A model generated the notes under the pieces. It searched no databases, was not told the origin of the DNA, and saw only the letters and a program-made list of their open reading frames with translations. This document shows positions 1-9,613 of a stretch of DNA of 64,000 nucleotides, in pieces. This DNA is from Zygnema circumcarinatum SAG 698-1b (Eukaryota; Plantae; Zygnematophyceae), in NCBI GenBank assembly GCA_037447605.1, contig CM074816.1, positions 2,508,525 through 2,572,524 on the forward strand, in the 5' to 3' direction. Made by a program: the position numbers and the translations under genes. Position 1 is the stretch's first letter. Every line of letters starts with the position of its first letter.

Positions 1-2655
1 TGTCAACTTCACTATCGGCTTCTTTGGTCTCTCTGATCTCCTCAATTCTGTTGCGCTGGAATCTCCTCTTGTCTCCCTTTGAGGCTGCTCCTCCTGCGCT
101 GTCTCCACTGGTCTTGTCTCCTTCCTTGCTGACTTCCTTGGTGTCTCTTCATCATCACTCTCATCTGTGTCCGTCTCCTCATCACTATCATCTGCGGGCT
201 GATAACTGAATCTCCTTGGCTGCTGCCTGTCCTCCTTCTGAATATACTCATCCTCATAGAACTGCACATTTCTGCTCGTGATAACCTGCTGCATCTGAGG
301 GTCATAAATCCTGTACTGGTAACTGTCCCGGCTATAGCCAACCATAAAACCTGTTCTCCCTCTAGCTGCCATCTTCCAACTTCTCTGATGTTGAGGGATC
401 CAAACAGTACACCTACTCCCCCACACTCTAAGATGAGAAATATTGGGCTTTGAACCTGCCCACCTTTCTTGTGGAGTCTGCTCCTTCAGCAAAGAGTTGT
501 AGCTCCTGTTCTTGATGTAGGCTGCTGCAGTGACTGCTTCAGCCCAGAGGTTTTCTGGAAGATTACTCTCCACCAGGTTGCACCTTGCAATGTCCATGAG
601 GGACTTGTTCATCCTCTCTGCAACTCCATTTTGCTGCGGTGTATAAGGGGCAGTGAATGCCTGCCTTATACCTGTCTCTGCACACATCTGTTCAAAACTC
701 CTGTTTTTGAATTCGCCCCCATTGTCAGTCTTTATCCTTTTCACTAACTCTCCACTCTCTCTCTCCACCATTGCTTTCCAGCCCAGAAAAGCTTTGAAGA
801 CTTCATGCTTATGCCGGATCATCCGCACCCAAACTTTCCTGCTGTAGTCATCAACAATAGTAAGGAAATAATGATTGCCGCCAATGCTCTCTACATCTGA
901 TGCGCACACATCCATGTGCACAAGCTCCAATCGTTTCCTTGTTCGAATGGTCTCATCCAGCCGCTTTAATGCTTTCTGCTTTAGTTTCCCTTCCTCACAT
1001 CCTTTACAACTATGCTGCATTTCCTTACTGCTCAAAGCCTCCAATCTTGCCACCATCTCCTTCTTACTCATTGCTACTAACGACCTCCAACTGAGATGGC
1101 CTAACCTCCTGTGCCATAAATCAGCATCTGCAGCGTATGCTCTCAACACATGTGACTCTATAAAATTCCTTCCTTTCTTGCCTCTTGCACATCTAACCCT
1201 ATAGAGATTCCCATCATCATATGCCTCCAAAGCCAAGTGCCCATTTGGCCTTCTCACTATGCATCTATCTCCAAAGAAATTAACATTCATGCCATTTCTA
1301 GCAAGCTGCCTCACTGACATTAGGTTCTTTTCAAGGCTTGGAGCATACATGACCTCTGAAACGAGTACTTCCTCTTGTTGTGGTCGCATCATCAAATTCA
1401 GCTTCACTGTCCCGACTTCATCCACGATCTCCTCTCCTCCATTGGCTGTCCGAAGGATCTTTGGAACTGCCAATTTCCTCATCTCCACAAATTCGTCTCT
1501 ATTTGCACAAATATGATGTGATGCGCCACTATCCACTATCCAATCTGCACGTTGCTCCTTCTCCTCCAAACGATAAGCTGACTCCTCATCTTCCTCTGCA
1601 CCTCCTTGAAGATTTCTCACTGAAGCTGCAAGTCCTCTAATGCCGCCTCTTCTACCATAGCCGCCTCTTCCTCTACCTTGCGGTTTATGAAAGCAATCCC
1701 GAGCAAAATGACCTGGCTTTCCACACACAAAACATCCTTCTCCTCTTGTGTCTTCATTCTGTCCACTATCGCCTCTCCAAACGCCTCTTCCGGTAGCTGC
1801 ACCATTTCCTGCTCCAGAACTCCTTGAACTGCTCCAGCAATCCTTGGCAAGATGTCCAGGTTTTCCACAATTGAAACATGCTGCCTGCTGGGCCTGGGCC
1901 TGACCTGTGCGTCCTCTTCCAAACGATGGACCTCCACGGAAGGCACCCCCTCTTGCTCCACGTCCTCTGCCTCTGTAGTTGGCTGCGTAGGCTTCCACCT
2001 GTTCTCCTCCATCCTCATCTCCGCTTTGACTGTGGAAGGCCTCACTAGTCTGAGGCCTATGACCTATGAACTTCTGAAACCTCTGCTTATCGTTCTGCTC
2101 AGATTCTGCTGCCCTTAAAATAGCTTTCACTGACTCTACATCGCTCAACTGTTGAGTTTTTATGTTCCCGACATCTCTGGAGGCTCTCTCTTCACAACAC
2201 CGTAAGATCGTATGGACCTGTTGTTCCTCAGAGATAGTTCCCCCTACATCCTCATACTGTCTTACCAGAACTTCAAATCTTAAAATAAACTCATCTATTG
2301 ACTCTCTCCTTGATAGACTTAAGGTCGTCAATTCTGTCCAGAGGGAATTTCTCACAGCCATAGACTTCTTCAAATAAATCTCCTTTAACTTATCCCACAT
2401 CTCCTTCGCAGTATCCTTGCCCCCTAGCAGAATAAGATGCTTCTTATCTACTAAGCTAGCAATCTGATATTTTGCCTCATCGTCTAATTCCTGCCATTTC
2501 TCCAACTCTGGTCCTGCCGCCGCTGGTTTAGCAGATGTACCTTCCACGATTTTCCAGCATCCTTTCTTCTGCAGCTTGATCTTCGCGAATATCTCCCATG
2601 CTGCATAGTTAGTTCCATCGAAGAATATTTTCCCTTCATCACTCCGCTTACTCAT
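1..2655 (-). CDS. Copia gag-pol polyprotein (partial, open to the window edge)
   Basis: ATG at 2655 gives MSKRSDEGKIFFDGTNYAAW. It continues through two CCHC knuckles (CFNCGKPGHLAKDC, CFVCGKPGHFARDC), protease WIVDSGASHH, GAG-pre-integrase LWHRRLGH, and integrase VHMDV...KTDNGGEF...PQQNGVAERMN. I saw no stop in 885 codons. It is absent from the ORF track, presumably because it has no stop inside the window. Confidence 0.93.
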   Translation of the reverse strand, partial: MSKRSDEGKIFFDGTNYAAWEIFAKIKLQKKGCWKIVEGTSAKPAAAGPELEKWQELDDEAKYQIASLVDKKHLILLGGKDTAKEMWDKLKEIYLKKSMAVRNSLWTELTTLSLSRRESIDEFILRFEVLVRQYEDVGGTISEEQQVHTILRCCEERASRDVGNIKTQQLSDVESVKAILRAAESEQNDKQRFQKFIGHRPQTSEAFHSQSGDEDGGEQVEAYAANYRGRGRGARGGAFRGGPSFGRGRTGQAQAQQAACFNCGKPGHLAKDCWSSSRSSGAGNGAATGRGVWRGDSGQNEDTRGEGCFVCGKPGHFARDCFHKPQGRGRGGYGRRGGIRGLAASVRNLQGGAEEDEESAYRLEEKEQRADWIVDSGASHHICANRDEFVEMRKLAVPKILRTANGGEEIVDEVGTVKLNLMMRPQQEEVLVSEVMYAPSLEKNLMSVRQLARNGMNVNFFGDRCIVRRPNGHLALEAYDDGNLYRVRCARGKKGRNFIESHVLRAYAADADLWHRRLGHLSWRSLVAMSKKEMVARLEALSSKEMQHSCKGCEEGKLKQKALKRLDETIRTRKRLELVHMDVCASDVESIGGNHYFLTIVDDYSRKVWVRMIRHKHEVFKAFLGWKAMVERESGELVKRIKTDNGGEFKNRSFEQMCAETGIRQAFTAPYTPQQNGVAERMNKSLMDIARCNLVESNLPENLWAEAVTAAAYIKNRSYNSLLKEQTPQERWAGSKPNISHLRVWGSRCTVWIPQHQRSWKMAARGRTGFMVGYSRDSYQYRIYDPQMQQVITSRNVQFYEDEYIQKEDRQQPRRFSYQPADDSDEETDTDESDDEETPRKSARKETRPVETAQEEQPQRETRGDSSATELRRSERPKKPIVKLT

Positions 2656-2749
2656 TTTCGATCTCACTCAGAATCACTCACTTGCTTACTCACTTGCTCT
2701 CTCAATAAATTATCAACCAGCTTTCTCTCACTCAGCTCTGATACCACAT

Positions 2750-3186
2750 TGTGACAGAAGAGAACACATTCAAGCTTGACATACAAAACACATGTTCTCA
2801 CAAGATCAACACACAACTCATAAACACTTCTTTATTTCATATGAGGCCTCATTACAGATCACTTCATCCTCTCTTCTCTCTTCCTGTTCTCTCTTCACTG
2901 TGTTCTACATCTGCGCAGCGCTACTGTTCTACCCAATGTCTAAGCTTCCAGAATTCTCCTTTCTGAATCCTCCTTCTTGAGCACCATACATTTGCGACGC
3001 TTCGCCAGACGCTTCTCCTCCGCCTGACACTTCTCTTCCTGCACAGACCTTCCTGAACTCTCTCACACGCGCAGTCTCTCTTTCGCCCGTACATATTCCG
3101 TACAGTATCCGTACACCTGTCCGTACAACCGCCCGTACAGTTTTCGTACAACAGTCCGTACAACCCGTAGCATCATCATCATCACA
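2750..3186 (-). repeat. 5' LTR (437 bp) with an internal CCGTACA-type repeat cluster at about 3085-3170
   Basis: TG...CA ends with a 5-bp terminal inverted repeat, adjacent to the PBS. Confidence 0.85.
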
Positions 3187-3411
3187 CAGGTAAGGCTCGT
3201 TCTATATTGTTTTGAGTTTGATTGTCTGACTCCGTGATTTCCTAATGGAGCTCAGAATTATATATGGCATAGGAGGGTTACAGCAGTTAGTTGGTTACTG
3301 GTGAGTAGTTTGATAGCTGGTGTGTTGGTCCTGCTATGAAGCAAGCACTCTGCTTGAGAAGCAGGAAATGGGATGGCCCACTCACTGTTTGCGCTTTTCT
3401 ATTGGGTTCAG

Positions 3412-4277
3412 CATCCAAGACCCCGACAATGTCCAGAACCCCGAAAACGAGACGGGAGGTTATTACGCGGGAGCCCAAATTATATTCGACATTTTCAAAG
3501 CGCGCTTCGGCTCGGGCAAAGGAGCGGTCGTTTTCATTGGAGCGATCGTGCTGTGCTTCCCCCTCTCCCTGTCAACAGGAGCCTGCGCTACGGCTCGCGT
3601 GGTGAGTCTCCCTCACCCCTCACTGTTTCGACTGGAAGGACCTGACTGGTTGACGAAGCTCCATTGGGCGTGTCGCTCACATCCCTCTCCCCTCTCCCCT
3701 CTCCCTTCTCCTCTCTCCCCTCTCCCCTCCTCCCCCCTCCCCCCCCCCCCTCCCTCTCCTGCAGTTATGGGCTATGAGCCGCGACGGCGCCACCCCATTC
3801 TCCTCCATCTGGATGAAACTGCACCCCAAAACCAAGGTCCCCATCATGGCCATCATCCTCACGTTCTCTGGCATGGTCATCGTCCTCCTCCCCGTTATTT
3901 GGAGCCCCGTCACCTTCACCGCCATCACCTCCTTCGGCATCATAGGCATCTTGTTGGGCTGCGGAGTCCCCATCCTCATGAAGGTCACGGTGTCCCGCAA
4001 CTCCTTCCAGCCGGGCCCCTTCAGCCTCGGCCCCTTCTACGGGCCCATCGTGAACTACGTCGCCCTCGCATGGATCGTGGCCATCACGGTCATGTTTTCG
4101 CTCCCCACCGTGTACCCCCTCACGGCGGAGTACTTTAACTATGCGCCGGTCGCGCTCGTGTCCCTCTTTGTGGCCCTCACCGTGCCGTGGCTGCTGCCGC
4201 GGAGCGTCTTCGACTTCCAGGGGCCGCGCTCGAACATGACCGACTTCGATATGAAGGAGGAGGGGGGGGGGCAGTAA
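3412..4277 (+). CDS. APC/ACT-family amino-acid (GABA) permease, BAT1-like; last two exons (3412-3601, 3765-4277), 5' part beyond the retrotransposon
   Basis: Spliced translation: (S)IQDPDNVQNPENETGGYYAGAQIIFDIFKARFGSG...ARV|LWAMSRDGATPFSSIW...FQPGPFSLG...LPTVYPLTAEYFNYAPVAL. This matches the BAT1-family motifs SRDGA, PGPFSLG and LPxxYPxTxxxxNYxPVA. Splice sites are GT-AG. Confidence 0.88.
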
Positions 4278-5654
4278 GGGGAGGAGGGGGAGGCAGGGAG
4301 GGGGAGGGGTTTAGGGTTTAGGGTTTTGAGGGTTTAAGGGAGGCTCGAGGGTGTTGGGTGGGGGTGGGGTGTGTGTGTGTGTGTGTGCTATTTACGTTTT
4401 TTTTCTATGATTTTTTTTTTTTTTTTTTTAGAAATATAAGATGGTGCCTAGTGCTTGGTGCTTAGTTTACTTGACCTTTTTTTAAATATAATGATAATAT
4501 GCTAATGTATCTTTCTTTTTCTTTTTGGGCCCGCTCGTGTTATCAAACAAAGTAAAAGGTTTTGGGGTTAGTGGCGCAATAGCATCGACGTGTCTTTACT
4601 GAGGGGGTTTGCACCCTGTCACTGTTAGCTTTAAGTGTAGACACGTGGCAGACGTTGGTTGGCCGCTTGTCCGTGAACCAATCACAAACGGACTTCAGAT
4701 CGTGTGAATCGACGTTTCTGTCACGTGGGCAGAGGGTACCGAAATTACCGGTCAAACGGCCGACCGGGCGGTAAAGCTCGTCGAGAAAGATGTGGACAAA
4801 TCAGGACCGTATGTTGCCGTATTAGAGTAACGTGCCACGTGGCTCACCAACCTGGCAGATGTCCTAGGCCACTACCTTAAAGAATGGAAATTGAGTGAGG
4901 ACAAATTTTTAGCACGTGGAGGTTCTTAGTGGCCCTGACCAGCGCCCCCGCCCCCGCCAGCGGACAGACAGCGACCAGCCAGAACTTACCGACAAACTGT
5001 CGGCTGACGCGATCGAAGATAGGACAGCCATATGTTGTCGTTTGGCCCTACGGTTGATTTGCCGTAAAACATTGAGTTCCATTGATCATAATTACCAAAA
5101 CGCTGGCGAGCTGACAACCTTTGGACTTTTGTAAAACGACGTGTAACTCAGCGGGACCGCGTCACAACTACATCAGCCCTTGCTGTACGAATTGATTGTC
5201 TGTATTGGTGTAGCTCGTCGGTGGCTCCTGATTGGTTGCAGATTTGTTTTTCATCCGGGAAGCTATTTGCACACCTTCTTTGCAATATGCACAACTTTTT
5301 TCAGCTGTCAGATTGTAGGGTTGAAGGGGTTTTATTTTTACCAAAAAGGTGTGTGTCTAGCTAAAAAAGGTGTGTAAATAATAAATTCCATTTTAATGAT
5401 GGCGTAAAGTCATTAGTTAATTAGTCAGAGTTTTAGTCATGTTTTGACTTGACTAAGAGGCTGGCATGACTTTGCTGGTTGGCTAGCCCGCTATTGTGAA
5501 CTGGAACAGTTAGTTTATTAGTCAGTCAGCCACCAGCGCCTAAATTAAACGGAACTGTCCCCATGGAACGGCAGAGCCCCTTGTCTGACCTTTGTCATTT
5601 CCACGTGGCGTCCTGCAGTTCATCCACGTGTGTTTGTGTTTGCCACGTGGCGCC

Positions 5655-7473
5655 ATGTCAGTGGAGGACGAGGCACGTGGCGAGGTGGAGGCGCTGCAGG
5701 CCATCCATGGCGCCGCGTGCGCTGTACGGCAGCCATGGCCGCCGCATGTCGAGGTCCTGCTGCTGCCCCTCACTGGAGAGGACGCCACGTGTCAGGCAGA
5801 GCTTCCTGAACCCTAAACCCTCAGCCCCGTTCTTTGGACCCTGAGAGCCCTGAACCCTGAACCCTGGACTTTGGAACTTAGCGCTCGTCCCTAAACCCTA
5901 AACCTTAAATCCTCTCTCTCTCTTTCACCCTCTCTCTTTCTCTCTCTCTCCCCCTCTCCCTCTCACTCTCTCTCTCTCTCTCTGTTTCTCTCTAGACCTA
6001 AAGCCCGAAAACCCTGAAATCCTTGTCCTGAACCCAACCCTTTACCCCGAAACCCTGAACTCTGAACTCTGAACCCTAAACCCTGAAATCCGATTTTTTT
6101 AGACCCTAAGCCTGTGACCCTGAACCTTAAACCCTACGACCTGGCTCTCCAACCCCAAGTCGCAAGATCCTGAACCCTGAGGTCTATCCTCAGCCAGTTG
6201 GCTCGGAACCCTACGGCTCCGATAGTCGCCCCTTAAACCCTGGACACGTGTCGCTATAGTTCTATGCTGCATGAATTCCTGAGCCTCCGTTCCTTTCCAT
6301 TTTGGGGGGGGGGGGGGTGGGGTCACATGTGTTCAGTTCGTTCAGGCGTGGCTGACGGTGAAGGCGTCGGAGCAGGTCCTTCTTTTCGCCTATCTCTGCC
6401 CGAAACGTTTTTTTTTTTTTTGGTTTTCCTCCTGTTGCTATGTTTTAACCCTTTCCATCCAACCATTCAATTTCTTCTTCCTTTTGATATTTTTTTCCTA
6501 TTTTTTTTTTTTTTTTTCTTACCTTTTTTCCAGTACCCGGAGGCGCTGCCCGAGCTCGGTCTGCGCGCAGTGAAGGGATTGGGCGACGACCGGCAGCGCT
6601 CGCTCCTGGGGAGCCTCCGCGATTGGATGGCCGCGCAGCCACGTGGCGCGCTCCTAGTGGCCCTCCTCGAGGTGCGCATGACGTGGCATGGGTATGGCAT
6701 GCATGACGATCCATGGCATGCATACATGCATGCCATGCCATGGGGGCATGTGCGGCCGTGGGCATACCATGCATGCTTCCCTGGGGACGAGCTCATTTCA
6801 AAAGGGGAGTTTGTTGGAACGGGCGGAGCTCGTTTTATGTCAAGTTTGAAGCGTGTTCTTGAAGAGGATACCCCAAAAGGAAGAGAGGGCGAGAGAGAAA
6901 GGGAGAGGGAGATGTGGGAGATTGAGACGGAGATGGAAAGGAAGAGTGAGCTTGCACAACATGCGAGCCAATTTCCGAGTGTCTATTTTAGGGTTAAAAT
7001 CTCGAGATATCTTTTTGTAATTGGCTGACGTGGCGCTATCCCCCCCCCCCCCCTTGTGCAGGAGGCTCGGGAGCAGCTGAGTTGTCGGAACGAGCCGGAG
7101 GGAGAGTGCTGCTTCTGCCGCCTCTCTCTCGCTCCCTCTCCCTCTCCCTCTCCCTTTCCCTCTCTCTCACAGGCGGAGGCCCTCCTAAAGCTGCCCTCCT
7201 GCTTCCACGCCTTCCACAGGTGCCCTTCAGCCTCCTTGCTTTTAATCATTTGGCACAGCTCCCACTTCCCTGTGAAATGATTTCCTTCTCCCCCTCCTTC
7301 CCCCTTTTTTGTTCGTCTTTTTTTTTCTCCTTTGCTGAACTTTGCAGTCGGCCATGCGAGTCTTTACCTAGTAATGAATGCTGGCATGTGGTTCTCTGAG
7401 AAACACAGGCAAACTTATCTGTATTTTTTTTTTCTCTTTGTAACATTGTTTCCTTTTGGGTTTTTCTCTCTCC

Positions 7474-7512
<39 letters not shown>

Positions 7513-8139
7513 ACGCTTTCCCTTCAGAGAGTGCTTCGCCCAGTGGTGGCGATGGGAGGTGTTTCATCAAAAAGAAGCGAAGCAGCCAATAGGGTGAGAG
7601 CTTGGATCCCTTATTACTGGCTTAAAAGAAACACAGAGAAAAATTAAGTGATAGATTGTCCTTCATAAAATTTCTCCCTTTTTTTTTATTATTTGCAAGC
7701 TTCCCTTTCTTTCTGCCTGACCCCCTGAAAAGAGAATTGTCAATTTTTCCAGGCCTCCTTTAGCAGTATGAACAGGTGACTGGCTGGGAGGGCGCCACGT
7801 GGCAGGAGCAGGAAAGCCGGGGAAAGTGCGGAGGTGGGGCCCACACTGCGCTGTCCCATCTGTCGCGTCGTGATTGGCCCGTCTGACGTGGCACACGTGT
7901 CGCATTATCTGGAATCTGCTGACTACGAGGTCTGTAACTCTTTACCTTTTGGGGTCCTTTTGCCCCCTTCCTTTTTGTAGGTCTCCCTCCTTACCTTTAG
8001 TGTTTGTTAGTCGGTCACATGTCTGCCATGTCTTGATGATCCATTTCTGTTTTCAGTCTTGTCCCTTCAATACGGACGACTCCACCTTCTCCCTCTCTGA
8101 AACTTTCATTCAGACTACGCCCCTCTACCTCTTTCTCTC

Positions 8140-8179
<40 letters not shown>

Positions 8180-8985
8180 CCTCTCTCTCACTCTCTCTCG
8201 CTGTCTCTCTCGCTGTCTCTCTCTCTCTCTCTCTCTCCCTCTCTCCCTCCCTCCCTCCCTCCCTCCNNNNNNNNNNCTCTCTCCCCCTCTCCCTCTCTCC
8301 CTCTCTCTCTCTCTCGCAGCCTGCAGCTGCCCTGTCGGATGAAGCCCGCCGCGTACCCTTGGAGCTCCTCTCCCCTGCCGAGCAGCAGCGGCGGGCCCTC
8401 TTCGCGGCGCAGTTGGAGGCCCAAAAGGTCCGCGGAGCCCTCGTGCCCGCCAGGCGCAAAGTCGTGCTTCCGGGGGTACACGTGGCGCGACCCCATAGGC
8501 TGGAGCCTGAGGAGGCCGATCCGAGTGAGGGTTCAGAGGAGGGTTTGAGGAAGAGAGAGACCAGCGAGGGGAGGTTTTGTAGTGTGAACACCGCCGCCTC
8601 GCCTTCAGGTGTGAACGCTCAAAGCGGAACCGGTTCGGAGTCGGTGAGCTGCATGGAGGATGTAGGGGTTGGGGAGGGTCCGAGGAGGGGAGTTTTGGGG
8701 TCTTATGAAGGGCAGTATATGCGGGGTAGAGGGAGAGGGGGGATGGGGGAGAGAGAGGGGATGGGAGGGAGAGAGGGGATGGGAGAGGGAGAGGGGATGG
8801 GAGGGAGAGAAGGGATGGGAGGGAGAGAGGGCAGAGGGAGAGGGAGTGGGAGGGCGTATGGGAGGGGGCGGGGTGGAATGTGGAGTGGGAGCGAGAGTGG
8901 GAGGAGGGGAGGGGGCAGAGGCAGAGGTGGGTCGAGGCATGGCTTTGGGGCCTCAAGGGGAGGGAGAGGGCCGGGAGGGCCCTAG
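5655..8985 (+). CDS. RWD + RING E3 ubiquitin ligase, RNF25-like
   Basis: Exons about 5655-5795, 6337-6375, 6534-6671, 7062-7219, 7528-7593, 7806-7929, 8320-8985. RWD: EVEALQAIHG...FVQAWLTV...YPEALP. RING: ECCFC...CFHAFHRECFAQWWRW...CPICR. C-terminus has RRALFAAQLEAQKVRGALV and an RGG-rich tail. The exon 6 acceptor is uncertain. Confidence 0.8.
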
Positions 8986-9613
8986 CGAGGGCCTCCTCGT
9001 GGTGATGAAGGAACGCGCCGACATTGGTCCAAACCATTGGTCCATGTTTGCATTATCTTTTAAGGTTCACTTTTCACTCTCGATCTGAGACATTCCTGTT
9101 TAGCTATTTGAGGTTGAGAATTTTTTAGGTTTACCAGACATAAAAAACTCTCTTGTTTTTCCTGACTTTCCCCTCGGTTTTCATATGCACCGCTGGAACT
9201 TGAAAATCCTTTTCTTAGTAAAAAAGCAGCACATGTGCCGCTCCGCTCACCGTCCAGTCCGCAGTTCGTCCCGTTCCGTTCCGTTCCATGCCGTGTCGTT
9301 TTGTCCGTTCTCGCAGTCCCTTCATCATACCTTCCTCAGCGTACACATGTCACAGTCAAGCGTTCGCCAACTGCTCAGAAAGCATGGAACTGCGCCGTTG
9401 CACCCTCCACAATAAAAAGTAATTGAGACAGAACAGTAACAGTTACAGACCGTATGATCAACGTCATTTCGTGACGTGGCCCTGTACTTTATCGTACAGG
9501 GCCATGTGTACGACAGGACAATCATTTGTACGGTCGTACGATTCCAGCGGGAAAGGTCCCGGGCTCGAACCTCGCTGTGGTCCCCCTTTCACTTCTTCAC
9601 GGCGCCGTCGGCC

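Larger units (their letters stand above)
1..3186 (-). mobile_element. Ty1/copia LTR retrotransposon, 5' half (5' LTR 2750-3186, PBS, gag-pol); runs off the left edge
   Basis: The LTR is bounded by TGTGA (2750) and TCACA (3182-3186). The minus-strand PBS TGGTATCAGAGC (tRNA-iMet complement) lies at 2735-2746, 3 nt inside the LTR. Domain order is gag-protease-integrase, which is the copia order. Confidence 0.95.

Noticed and set aside
7741-7805. In-frame TGA (7777) as possible selenocysteine or readthrough in the RING gene
   Set aside because: A phase-compatible acceptor at 7805 skips it, and there is no other support.
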